Assembly: GCA_015680685.1 (NCBI GenBank)
Contig: MNCI01002362.1
Location: forward strand, 607,777 to 671,776
DNA: 64,000 bases
Source: Gnetum montanum
Lineage: Eukaryota > Plantae > Gnetophyta
Direction: 5' to 3'
The position numbers and the translations under genes are program-made. Within the stretch, counting starts at the first letter, position 1; each line of letters opens with the position of its first letter. Below the pieces are notes generated by a model that was given only the letters and a program-made list of their open reading frames with translations, was not told the origin of the DNA and made no database searches. Below are positions 39,801-52,800 of the stretch, one piece after another.

Positions 39801-42800
39801 GTTTGGCAAGCAAACTAGGTTAACTCCACAATTTCGTTATCAAGATGCCTGGCTAGTATTCCAAACAGGCATTTAAAATCATCCATTTTTTACCAAAGGC
39901 AGTCAGTCAGGGTTACATGGAACCGAGCATTATGTTCTTCCAAAAATAAAATTTAAGATTTGTATGCTGGTAGGATACATACATAACAGATATATTTATG
40001 GTAACGTTGTTCCTTGCAAGCTCTGGATTTGAAATTTTGATTTGCTAGCCCGTTTAAGTAATGTGACAGTGCAATGAGGACAGTTTTACAAGGTATTTAG
40101 GAGTATGAAACGAAGGAAACGTCCACATCTACGTAGACGTAGCGCTGTCACACAACATAACAGAGATATGTGCGGAAATGTCGGCCAGGCTTTCCTTGCT
40201 TGGTAGAGTCGTCGGTGCTTAAAGCAACCATCACATGTTTCATGGTAAGCCTGGTAAGGGCATGGAATGACCCACCCACCCACCGAAGATGAAAAAAGTG
40301 TGTGACAGAAATAATGTATGATTACTTCGTTAGCAATACTGAGACCCTCCATGGAAATTTCCATGAAACCTTCTAACATCAGCACCAGCAGCAGCAGGTC
40401 AAACCCAGCAAGCAAAGAATTTATGTAAAAGCCCTTACCAGTGTCAGGCAGTAAAACTCCCCCACCAACCATGATATTTGCTTGCAGAGCATCCAAAGTG
40501 TCGGTTGCTCTCCCATGCTAGGCCCACCACCCACAGGGATAAAAAAAAAGGGAGGGGGGAGGGGCATGCTCATTTTGCAGATCTGCTTTCCCCTGCTAAA
40601 GAAGGCCTTTTTTTGTCCGGTTTGACATTTCTTTAATTCAAAGCTTGGAAGTATTGTTGGATACTTTACTTGGGTAGGCTGGCTTTGCGCATGCATTTTA
40701 TTTGAATCTACTGTCTGTCCTTTGTGCCAATCATCTTCCAAGAATTGCTGGTTTAAGTGCTGTTTAGGTCCAAGCTGGATTGTCAACTGGGCTTCATCTG
40801 CAAAATGCAAGGGTAGGAAGGATTCCTTAAAAGTATAGCAATATGGTGAGCTGTCTATTGAGGAATCCAAACATCATAATCCAGGAGTGTTTGGAAGAAC
40901 GTCAGCGTACTCAACCACCCTAGGCCACAAAGCACTAAGTTTCTTTCTTTCTACAACCCAGAAAAAAAAATTAAGGGAATTGAAACTATTGTTATTGTTC
41001 AAGGCACATGTCGTCACAAAAACAGAATCGATGCAAGATAAATCCTACACTGTTTTTACAAGAAAATTTTCCAAGGAGTAGGTAAATATCTTGTTGGATA
41101 AGATTCCTCATGGAGTAGGTGGAGAAATACCATTGGGAAATGCTTGCATCAGTTGCATGCAAGAAAAATTCTACATTGTTCAAGAATTTCCAAATACTCA
41201 CCGTTAAATCCTATATTCTTACTGGACAAGATTTAGCAACCAGTTGGAGTAAACAAATCCTTCAAAGACAAAATGCTTCCCGGACAAATTCAATTATCAT
41301 GCCAAAATAAGTTTTACCGTCTTCAAATCCTGCAATACCCAAATGTTGCCGTAAAAGACACAAAGATAAATTCTTTTCTCCAAACAAGATGCTTCAAAAT
41401 GATTTTTTCAAGTTCGGTAGCATAGAGTTATCAGTTACCTTGATGGGCTAAGACCACCTAACTGAGTTAAAGTCCATCTGTCGGTGCAGCATTCAGATGA
41501 ATAGTATATATGGGCATGTGTCTAATTTAGCTTAGCTGTCATGATGATGGGCCTCTTTTTCAGAGAATTATTCATTTCACTGATTTGACGGGCCTTTTAG
41601 TTTTTAGTTTCTTAGGAATTCTGGATGCATGCAAAACAAATAATGCCCTGGAATACAGGTTGGGCAGATGGAAGCTTCGTGTAGCGTATTCCTTTTAGTC
41701 TCCATATGAGATTTCTAATCACCCAACTCTACGTAATGCCTCTTTTTCAACCTTTGGGTCCATTTTGTCTGAAATTTCAGCAAATGTTTTATAAAGTTCA
41801 TAGAAGGAAGCAGAACAATGTTTATGGGATGGGCATCAGGTTTTGGGTGGTAGTGTGAATTTGGGCCCACAACCTTAAATTGATTCTCATGGCATTATTT
41901 GCTCCTTTGGCTGCAAATCATGTGATCGCACAGATTCCTTTCAATACGTATAAAAAGACATTTAGTTTACTATAAATGAATGGTCAGTATTTTTGCAGTT
42001 CTGTAGATAGTTAGACGTGTTAAGAATGAATGGTCAGGCTTCAGAGTGCTTTTTGGGGCTCCTAAAGCAAAGACAGTTACGATATGATGATCATTATATT
42101 CGTCAACAGCAGTACAGAATGATCTACAGAAAAGAGGAAAAGACTATCCAACAATCAGAAATGAATTGAAGAAAAAATTTAGAAACTCAATTATTAACAA
42201 CAAAAGAATCAATTTTATTTGAAATTTCAGGTTCAGCCTGAATCTTGAGCACACTGGCAATAGAGGGACATTTCTCATTGCCCTCTACACAGGACTGTAT
42301 CCTGTTTTATGCAAAAATTTGCCCAAAGTAATATACAAAATGAGAATTATATATTGCCTCCCTATGTGCAAGAATGAAACCGGTCTTAAATTTCTTACAT
42401 ATTTAGCAGGAAACAATACACAGAACCATAATACTAAATGCTCCCATACATAGACTTTCCTCTGCCTTCTGAGAGGCAAAGGAACAAGAATATCACATTA
42501 TTCATCTGTGATGTCTCCTCTGCCCTTTCCCGTGCACTTCAATTGCAGGTTCTCTCCGATCAACCAACTATACCAAATTTGCCACAAAGACTAAGACGCT
42601 GCCTATAGATAAAATGGAAAATAACAAGCAACACAAGAATGTGATCTTCTTCAGTTGCATGCAGACATCAACAAATTCTTGTTGAAATTTTCTAGAAGTT
42701 GGCAGACAGCACCCATGAATCTTCCTGCATTCACAATTAAAAACTAGTGAGAAAATGTCGTAAACACCAGGAAACTACATAGCTTCCGCTTAACTTCAAC

Positions 42801-43293
42801 ATGTAAGAAACAGGAAATGGAAACTATGTATTCCTTCATATTTGAGGTTTAGATACGATAACTTCTAAATTGCTTTCAATCAAGGGATACGATGTTTCAA
42901 TGTGTCATTTAATAAACACTTTCTAATCTGCTGGCTCAACTTAAATTGCAAAATTTTCGACTAAAATCGCCGAATAACAAAAAAAAATCCAATGCTGTAA
43001 AAAGTAAACTCTCCACACCGTATCTATGTTTCAGTGAAAGGAGATATAAGCAAATTGCTTAAACCATATGTTGGTAGTTTGACCTATAATGAACTGAACA
43101 TCTGTCAATATCCTGCAACCAATATAACCTGGATAGCTCAAGCATACTAGGGCAGTTTGAACAATGCAGTGGACATCACTAAAATGAGTATATACTTAAT
43201 TAACACACACACTTACATGCTAACTACTAAGAGTTAGAAATTATAAACCTGCACACCAGAGAGTTTTTGATGCACAAACAGCAATCATACCAT

Positions 43294-43517
43294 ATTTCGT
43301 AGGTTGTGAAATCTACTTTCTCTTGGGAATCAGTGACCAAATAAGAACCGAATGCTAATTAGAGTTTCATAGCCGACAAGTTGTATATCTACGAATATTA
43401 TAGAAATTTCGTAGCTTGTGAAATCTAGTTTCTCTTGAGAATCAGTAATCATATAAGAACCAAATGCTCTTTAAGGTTTCATAGCAGACAAGTTATATTT
43501 CTACTAATATTATGGAT
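43294..43517. repeat. Diverged 112-bp tandem duplication
   Basis: ATTTCGTAG.TTGTGAAATCTA.TTTCTCTTG starts at 43294 and at 43406, with scattered mismatches. Confidence 0.9.
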
Positions 43518-44114
43518 AGGGAAATGACAAAGGAGATAATAGTACATGCTGCAATGATACCTTCAACAATCAAAATCTGAATTCAGGAAAAACTGCATCG
43601 AAAATAGGCCCATCTTAATTGCCTTTTTTAACTATTTAATATACCACATATCCACAATATCAAGACATTCTTTTTATGTTATATGGCACAAACTTATTTA
43701 AAAAAAACTTGATAAAAAATGCTCATACTTACGTAACCAGTGGCAAAACAATTCACTGAAAACAACAAAACATCGATAGCAGCCGCTATTCCTTACCCAA
43801 ACAAAAGTGCAAACCCTATATTAAGTTTCATCACAAGAGAAGTTTGATAACTACACCAACCTAAACAGAATCTCTAAACACAAAATCTCCGTACATACAC
43901 ATAAATTCACTGAGAAACACTCACTCAGGACCCCTGGACCTGCACTGCTGCAGCAGGAAATGTAATTACAAAAACAAACCACAAAAAAAGAAATCAAACC
44001 CTAACCAACAGTTCAAAACATTCACATTCCCAACGGAGATCCTAACAAATACCATCGTAGAAAATTTTCTCAAACCACAACATCCCAATGTGAAACCAAC
44101 ATTGATGCACAAAA

Positions 44115-45515
44115 TCAATCAAAAAGCCCAATAAACAACACACGAAAATACCAAATACCTCTTGCAGGACCCTGCTGTCTGGTCTGCTGGGTCTGCTGCT
44201 CATCACCCTCAACAAGCTTCCTGCCTTTTCCATGACCTTTCTCAGGGACTTCCTTCTCTTCCTCCTCGGGGGGCAACAGAACTTTATCAATACCCTGAAC
44301 AGAAATCCTGCCATCGGTGTAAATATCATGGTCATAAAGATGTGCAGTATTGTTGCCCTCTCCAAACTGAACAGTGCCATCAGCCTCCTGCGTCAGCATC
44401 TTGTGAGGCAGCAGCAAAGTTTCATAAGAAACCTTCCCAAATCTCCTCACAGAAGTGTAAAAACTCTCCTCAGTCTGGTACTCAGGAATCATGTGGTAAT
44501 ACACAATCTTCTCAGGAGCCCCAGGATCACTCAAATGCTCAGGAGTCAGACGCCCCATAGCCTCATCATTGGGAGCCAGTACAGTCAGCCTATACCCCTC
44601 TGAAACAAGCTTGGCCATTTCCGAAGCCAGGGATGTTAAATTCACCAAAATGTCCGCCATTTCGCTGTAACCACCGTAGTGCAGCAAAGTGTGAATGAAA
44701 TCCTTGACCTGAGCCTCTCCATCGAAGAAATGTTTGCCAGTTCCAGGGCCCGGAGCAGGGGCAGGAGCAGAGGCAGGACCTGGACCCATGGCGTAGAAAA
44801 TGGAGTGCTTGGGCACAAATTCCTCAGATTTGTTTGCAGAAGATTTGGATGAAGATGAAGCAGAAGAAGATCCGGAAGAAACCAGGGATTTGGATTCAAA
44901 CGATGGGGCACCCTCTGGTTTCACAGCCTCAAGAACAATCCTCCGAGACCTCCAATGGCTGAAATCGTCCTGCACAGATTTGGGAACCAAAACGCGATCG
45001 ATCCCGTGAATGATTCCATCCGGTCGAACCACTGCATCCGGCTGCGTAACGATGCCGAGATCTACCATGAGCTCTCCTGATTTGCCCACTCCCAGGCTTA
45101 ATTTCTCGGACCCCAGCGATTTCTGCACCGTTTTCTTGAACTTGCGGGCCGGGATCTTGTGTGGCAGAACGTGAAACTGCAGGAGGCGTTGCAGAGATGC
45201 CACATTTCCGGGTTCGTGGAGGAAGCGCCTGAAATCCGGATCCAGACCTCGGTCCAGGAACGAATTGTTAGGGGCGAAAACGGTAATGGCGGTTCCCGAG
45301 GTCACAGTCTCCTCCAGAACCTGCAACATGGCGGCCTTCTCCACCAGTTCGGCCAGAGATGAGTATTGCGAGTCCAGGAGTGCTACGAGAACCGAGTTCG
45401 AGCTGATCGGCGCCTTCTCCTTCGCAGCAACCGCCATCGCCATGGATGTGCCGCTGCAGATGCAGCACAAACCCAGAACCAGTCCGAAAAGCAGCAATGC
45501 GCGAGAGGCCGCCAT
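44115..45515 (-). CDS. FLA17: Fasciclin-like arabinogalactan protein, group B (FLA15-18 clade); 3' end may be spliced at 44159
   Basis: ATG 45515 in GCAATGGCG context (the ORF-track start 45602 is TTG); hydrophobic signal peptide; two FAS1 domains (ITVFAPNN, LTVLAPND, ISVQGIDKVL); AP-rich linker APAPAPGPG; FDGEAQVKDFIHTLLHYGGYSEMADILVNLTSLA signature of FLA16/17. The exact paralog number cannot be determined. Confidence 0.95.
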   Translation of the reverse strand: MAASRALLLFGLVLGLCCICSGTSMAMAVAAKEKAPISSNSVLVALLDSQYSSLAELVEKAAMLQVLEETVTSGTAITVFAPNNSFLDRGLDPDFRRFLHEPGNVASLQRLLQFHVLPHKIPARKFKKTVQKSLGSEKLSLGVGKSGELMVDLGIVTQPDAVVRPDGIIHGIDRVLVPKSVQDDFSHWRSRRIVLEAVKPEGAPSFESKSLVSSGSSSASSSSKSSANKSEEFVPKHSIFYAMGPGPASAPAPAPGPGTGKHFFDGEAQVKDFIHTLLHYGGYSEMADILVNLTSLASEMAKLVSEGYRLTVLAPNDEAMGRLTPEHLSDPGAPEKIVYYHMIPEYQTEESFYTSVRRFGKVSYETLLLPHKMLTQEADGTVQFGEGNNTAHLYDHDIYTDGRISVQGIDKVLLPPEEEEKEVPEKGHGKGRKLVEGDEQQTQQTRQQGPARGIWYFRVLFIGLFD

Positions 45516-45539
45516 TGCCGGCTCCGGATCGTGAGCGAC

Positions 45540-45933
45540 CTGAAAATGAAAACCCACAACCGGATTGCTCTCAAGCACAGAACCCAAAACCGGATTGCGC
45601 AAATGCGGTCCGGAAAAACCTCTCTCGCTGGCTTAACAATCTCTCCTTTCTTTCCCTTTACAATGCACTGCGTCTGGCAATGGCGGATCGGGTGCGGATT
45701 ATATGGGGGCGGATTGCTTGCCTGCAGTTGGGCTGTCAGGCTGTTGTTGGGTTGATAAGTGTAGAAACAGATTGAGAAACAGATTGACAGGCAAGCCGAC
45801 TAATGAAAACCACAGAGAAAAGAGAGATATACAAGAAGCACAACAAGAAGGAGAAGAAGAAGCTTTTTCTGTGGGCTAATGGCAACTCTCACTTACCAGT
45901 GCTGTGTTTGCCTCTCTTTCTCTCGTGACTTAC
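45540..45933 (-). other. Predicted 5'-UTR intron of the FLA gene
   Basis: Consensus donor AAG|GTAAGT (45934/45933), alternative CTG|GTAAGT (45897/45896), acceptor TTTTCATTTTCAG|G (45540/45539) 24 nt before the ATG. Confidence 0.6.
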
Positions 45934-47870
45934 CTTGCACTGAAAGCGAATACCGTCCCAGTTGAGCTTTCACAGACTGTGCCTTCTCATCTCCCCTTTT
46001 GTGGTTCTTCCTCTTGTAGCTCCAGCTACTGCTTCTTCTGCTTCTGCTAATACTGTTCTTCTTCTTGTTGCTCTTCTGGATTTTTCGCCATTTCCAACTT
46101 CTCCTCCACGGCGATACCCTTTTTAGAAAAAAGCGGTCTCCGGCCTCTCTGTCACTCAGCTGGCTTCACATTCACAGAGAGCCCCACCAATTTCCAATTC
46201 CCAACTGCAGCCCTGATACACCAATAATCGCCCCCCGTTTCTATAATTACTGTGTTTCATATTATCCGAATGATCCGATTCCCCGGTTCTATAATTACCG
46301 TTTTTATGAAATCCTGTGCCCATTTCGGTACCTGATGTATGTAATAAAATCCATTACTAACCAAACTTTTCTCTCCCAGGTTGTGATTCCCAATTTCCCG
46401 CATCTTGAACCCCCCTACCTAATTTCTGCAAAACAATGTGCACTTTCCCTGACGATTTCGTATTTAATTTTTTTATGTTTAGCTTCTCTTATCCGTGACA
46501 TATTCCGAGAAATTTGCATTTTTCTGCACCGAAAATTACATACTTTCACAGCCCATTTCTCACCCCGGTAATTCCACGTCAAATTTACAAGTTTCCCATG
46601 TTTATTTCGTTTTCATCGTGAAACTTACGGCAAATATAAAAAGATTCAGCGGGTTGGAACCAACTGTTCTGGCTACGACACGAGCTTTTTTCGGTGATCA
46701 ATTATTGTATAATTATCTTGCATGGTTTTTTTTCTTTTCAACCTCTTCTTTTCTTTTTTTTCTTTTCTCTCTCCCGCCACACCGCTAACCTGTGTATTTG
46801 GGCTTTCATTGCGCCTGCAGAAATACCTGACCAGTTCACGCGGATTTTTGGGCGACTGTAACTGTAATTCATAGCGAGTATGTAAAGTTCGTTGTACTTC
46901 TTTATTGACGATATTCCAGGACAGCTAAAAGCCCAATTCTGTATGCCGCCAGGTTTTCTCCACACAGCTCTGTTTGACCATGCAGAACCAATTTTCTTTT
47001 TTACTCTGCTATCATATTCATGGATTATTTCTGTTTTCCCAAGGTCATGATCTGCTATATGATGCAAAGTTGAAAGGGGTATTGCTGTTTTTTTTATCAA
47101 TGGGCAGATGCTAAACCAGTCAACTAGTTGCGACGAAACTCTGGTGGAACCTGCACCAATAAATGGGACATTATAAATTTTGTCTATTGTGAATGTAGGG
47201 TTTTTTACGAGTATAAAATTCAAAGCACGAGGCATGGACACCCGTAACAATTGTTGGGGAATAAATTTCAATAAAATATGACGAAATAGTGTCGGTGCCA
47301 GTGTGTTGCGTGATATAATGTACTAGGCATGCATGAGACGGCAAAAGAGAATAGTGAAACAAGGATTCATATGCATGTGGATGGGGATTTGCAAAGGTTT
47401 GCTATAATATTGTTCCTGTTGCTCTTTGGCAGAGTTGTTCCAGAGATCCTTTGACGATGAACGATTTGAGATGGAGAACACTCGTATTTTTCTAGGACAG
47501 AGTATGAAGTATTCCTAAGCTTTTAATTCTTTTTTACTTGATGATTTAAAGGAATAACATATATCACTTCTTGAAATATTTCTATAGATTAATGAATTTA
47601 TTTGCTTAAATAAGGGTTTTATATTGGTTCTATATTGGTTCTGAAGCTATCTTTGAATGTTATGGAATTAGTGTTTTGCAAGTCTGCTATTTTTCCACGT
47701 ATTTTTTGCTTGGTGAACTGACCAATTCTAAAATATATGAGAAATTCTTAAATCTTAGAGTTTTTACACATTAGCCTAATACTTTTATTGCTCGAGAATG
47801 GAAAATTTATTTTGATGCCTATTCTTCTAATTATTCTAAAATTTCTTGCTAAATTGAAGTACAAAATCTT

Positions 47871-48601
47871 TAATGAGGACCAAGCCAAAATTGAAGCTAG
47901 ATCCTACAAAATACTCACACAATTGAAAATAAGAAAAAGAACACCATGCTTTATTCTTGCTTACAATGGAAAATGAGTACAAAGATGCTAGAAGCAAGTT
48001 CCCAAGGACATGGAAGGATTCAAGATCCCCTCACAACACACTCACACACATCAATGGCTATGCTCAACATGAGCTCAAGATCACTCTCCCTTCTCTTTCC
48101 TCATGGCCTCTGTTGGACCTCTCTTCTCTCTCTACACTCAATTTTGCTCATGGACACACCATGGGAGGCCTTGACATCTATTTATAGCTTTTTGGCTAAC
48201 TTGGCACCTAAATTACAAAATTATGGTCATTACCCTTGCCCAAGAAGACATCTTTAGATCATGAAAGACATCTTTCTCAAGAAGACATCATACTTAGAAA
48301 GACGTCTTCTTAAGTGAAAGGCATCTTGCCCAAGACATAGGCAACTGTAGGAGACATCTTTTCAAAAACCCAAGCCTACACAAAAGATGTCTTCCATGTG
48401 TGGAATACATCTTTTTATGCTAACCACAAAAAGATTGAGTGCCTAGCTTAGAGTTCCAACTTCCCATGTGAGCTCTCATTAGCCTTGGAACATGTTGCAA
48501 ACATTAGAAACATGCTAAAACACATAAAACAACAACAACAAACATGAAATACACAACATGAATGAGGATTAACATCTTAGAGCTAGGTGAAGTCCTTATC
48601 A
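47871..48601 (-). mobile_element. Solo LTR of a CRM-like family
   Basis: Termini TAATGAGGAC..GTCCTTATCA; TSD ATCTT at 47866-47870 and 48602-48606; AGACATCTT motif cluster like 11680-11860. Confidence 0.85.
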
Positions 48602-48699
48602 ATCTTCCTCTTATTTTTCAAAGTGTTTGATAAAGGTCTCATTGATTTTGGACCAAAGGGAGCATATCATAGAGAGTGCAATGCAACTCGGACATAAGT

Positions 48700-49812
48700 T
48701 TTGAACACGTTGTTAAGTGATATGCCAAGAACAATTGTGTATATCATTGTGTTCAATGAATATAAAAGATACTATAATACAATAAATATTAAGGGAGGAA
48801 ATATTAATAATTTTATATTTTATAATTTTTATGGATTTTATGTATATAACAATAAAACAAACATAAACACGCATGCATTGTCATCCCTCATGGGAACAAG
48901 CACAATGCTCACATTGCAATCCCTCTCAAGGATAAGTGCAACACCACACACGGAAAGCAATAAAAATGGCTCTTAGTCACAACCTCAATAGCCCAACACC
49001 ATGTCATATAGTTATTACCTCTTTGGATAAGGACAAATCATCACAACTTATGAAAGCAAGAATTAAATAAATATTTTTATTATTTTAACATTTTATAATA
49101 TTTTTGGTGTTTTAATGTTTAAGGCATCAATGGTGAAATAAGGAAAAATCATAAGCTTTATTCATTGCACAAACACTAAACTATGCATCAACCAAGTTTA
49201 GTTGCACTTGTGAAAGGGACGACTCAAAAGACATACATAAATAAAGAAAGGAATTAACTTATCCAAGGGGGAAAGAGCTCTTCACACAAACCGAATGCCA
49301 CAAGTCAAATGAAATCAAAATTATGCCTAAGATGTGTGAGAGAGTTTATCCTAAGTATTTATAGTTTTCACATGGAAATGGAGGAGGTTTGTCAACACCT
49401 AGGCATCAATATAGGTCTATTAACATAGCCCTAGCCAATTGAAATGCACTTTTGGCACTTTAGCACAAACTTGGATAAGCAGAGGGTGTGCTAATGCAAA
49501 GTAGTCAATGCACACACACACCCTCCCACTAATCCCCTCCACCCTTCCTCTACACCCCCAAACACACCCCCCACAGCCACCCCCGCACCACCCCCCCACC
49601 CCCCCACAAATAAAACTTGAGGGAGCAAGGTAAAGGGACCATAGGACCTTCGAATGAAGCCAAAATCGTCATAAGAAGCTTGGAATCATGCACACAACCT
49701 TGAAGTATAACATAGGGGTCATGGTGCATCTTGAAAGACTAATAATCTCAACCAAACACATTAGACTATAAACACAAGGTACATGAAACATTTCCCAAAT
49801 TTAGGGCTTACA
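48700..49812 (-). mobile_element. Probable LTR fragment (other family)
   Basis: Minus strand starts TGTAAGCCCTAAA at 49812; CTATAAATAC ~49360; left end unresolved. Confidence 0.4.
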
Positions 49813-52800
49813 AGTGACTTACAAATTACTACTGGATGTCTCATCAATGTTGAAAGCAAAATTGTTAGCAGCATTAGAATAATCCTCAAACCAAAGTCAA
49901 AAAAATTACTAGATAGTGTGGAATGCATATGTTATTTTGTAGAGATTGATTTATAGTAGAGAAGACAAAAGTAAAACTCAAGACTCACAATTAGTATATT
50001 TCCCAAAATTGTAAGGATGCTATAGTTATTATTATTGTGAAGGCTAATGAGTCATCCAATGATATTTTGTAAGTTGATTTGATGAGCAGTGAGTAGACCC
50101 TATGCCCAACCATACGAATCACTAAACATTCATGCACGATCTGGTTGAATTTCATGGACTTATAGCCTTCTAAGCACACTAGCCTCTAGGACGTGAACCT
50201 AACCATTGCAATTGTTGTCTTCCTAATTACACTTGTGAAATGCAAAGGCATGGTTAAGTGTAACTGAGGTATATGATTTTTATCATTTTTATGTTTTGTG
50301 TTTTAAGTCACCTAAGGGTAAAAAATAATGAATAAAAATAGGATAATTAAATTGCTAATCTAATCTAACTAGCTACACCTAACTAAACTTAACATAAGTA
50401 TCTGTTCCCACTTATCAGAAACATCCTAAACACAGTTAATGCTACTAGATTACCAAACGTTAAGTGTTACTGGGATTACCAAGCACCAAGAGTATGCTAG
50501 AAGTGGTCATACTTATGTGCTTAATTAATTGTTATTTAATCTAGCTTAATTTGGCTTAATTATTTAAAGCATTAAAGGAAATTGCATAAAACGTTAAATG
50601 CATAAATAAATAAATAATCTATTTCAAAGTATTGCAATGTTTATTAAAAAGTTTATCTTTATTGTCGCACACACTACTGTGCTCAGGTACAATAGTGCTC
50701 AAATAAAGATCCATACACTCTTGACTCCTATTGCAAGCACTTAGAAAAATATTCTAACTTTCATATGAAAAAACTACAAGAGCTCTACTACAAGTATGAC
50801 AAAGACATGCCCTAAACACAGTGGGTGAGCATGTATTTATAGGCAAAAATAGACACTACATTGATGGGGCCATGTCAATGCATCAAATCATGTGTCAACA
50901 AGGCCACGTCAATGCATCAAATCATGTGTCAACAAGGCCACGTCAATGCATCAAATGATGTCTTGATGAGGCCTAGTTGATGGGGCCCAATCGACGCAAC
51001 CAATTTATGATTCATCATACCCCCACAACTAAATGAAAACTCATCCTTGAGTTCTTTACAAATTTGGGAAGATATGGAATTATTGATTATGTCATTTGCA
51101 TAACGGACTATCCTTGCCCTTTTACAAAGTTTTCTGATAAGGCATGGAAAGGGCAAGGTTTTCCTTCCATGTTCATTTTCCTTGAAGTACTTTTCTATCT
51201 CTAGATAGATTAGCTATGGAAGGTTTATAGGGAATTTCTTACTTAAAGCGGCACATGCACGAGTGGAGAAAGCAATCACCTTGCTAGGCCTCACTTGCAA
51301 ATTGAGATGATAATCTGCTATCTTGAAGTATATGTGCTCTATCAATGTGAACACACCAAACTCCTTATGGTCAACCTCATAACACCTTTAGGTCCACTCC
51401 CTTTTGGACTTTTGGTTTGCTTGCATGAAGATCTTCACCAGATGGATCCTAGAATCAAGCAGACCAAGAGCATGCATAATAGCTTTTGCCAAATAGAACA
51501 CCTAAATGTCCTTAATTCTCACAGTGGCTCTTACCTTTTTTCTGCTCTAGAAGAGATATATCTCTTCCATGTACCACTTCCCATTAGTAGTAATGACTAG
51601 CCACATGGGAGAGTTTTACAATTGCATCTTAACTTCTAGTGGAGCACATTCTAAGAATGACCCAAAGTTCTGTTCTTGGAGAACTGAGCGTTGGACATCA
51701 CGAGGCTTGATCATATCAAAGCAAGCTTGTGTCAATGTGATCTCAAGTCTTGGTACAAGCCCTAGTGTCTCTCCTCAATGAGATTGTTCAATAGCAACTT
51801 CTTCTCTAGGAATCTATAGGACAAATTCCACTTTGGGCTCCTTCCAAAGAAGTCCTATTGCATGAGTTTCTGCTGCCTACTCCTAGGCTTGTTCCTACTA
51901 CTCCCTTCCAGCTCTAGGTCATTTGTCCTTTTGTTGGGATGGTCCTCCTTCCTACAATCATTTCGATCTTGGTGCCATTTGTAATCATAACATGACCAAG
52001 GGTTAGCATTTAATGTGTAACTTGAAATAATTGGGATACTTGATCTCTTTGGGAAAGTCACACCTGGCTAAGTTGTGATCATCATTGATTTGATCATTTC
52101 AATTATTATTTTATTCTTATTTTAATATTAATAAGTAACTTTAGGTTTACCAGAGTTTGTTGGAAGGGTTAAACTCTCAAAAATTGATGGTTTAATATTA
52201 TTCTATTCATTAACCCTTTGGGGGAGTTAGAAAAATTTGGAAAAATCTTTGTCATAAACCTTAAGATTTGTGACCCCCACGACTAGGAGCTTACCTTTGG
52301 TAGCTATAGGATCGAAGAACAAAGTGATTTGAACAAATGATGTGAAAGTTATGGACTCTAAAAAATTGCAAAAACTACCCTCCTGTTTTGAAGCAAATGA
52401 CAAAAATTTCAAAGCGTTGGGCAATATTTATAGAATTTTTGTGTTGTGTCAACAGGGCCTAGTCAATGCAGTTATTGACCACCATTGACTTTGTCAAAAG
52501 TAATAAAAAACAAGGATTTTTTACATGAAATGAGGGTCAAATGAAAGCTTGAAAAGCCATGAACATGATAAAAATATTAGAAGAGGATTTTGAACATTAG
52601 AAAATTGAGAAATGATTGGAGAATGAGATTTTTTAAAGAAAAAATGCTTTAAGGAGTGCACGGTTGGATGCACGATGGAGCGCACAAAAGATTTGATTAC
52701 AACAACATCTAAGGGTAAGGAACTTAATTAACCAAACCATAAGAAATGCAAGTGGGTCCTCCCCATAGCGACACATGCCCTTTTTGCCCTTACATAACCT

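Noticed and set aside
40174-40199. TCGGCCAGGCTTTCC resembling miR166
   Set aside because: Indel and mismatches against miR166, and no fold-back arm.
44042-45775. Multiple overlapping ORFs on both strands over the FLA gene
   Set aside because: Shadow ORFs of a GC-rich CDS.
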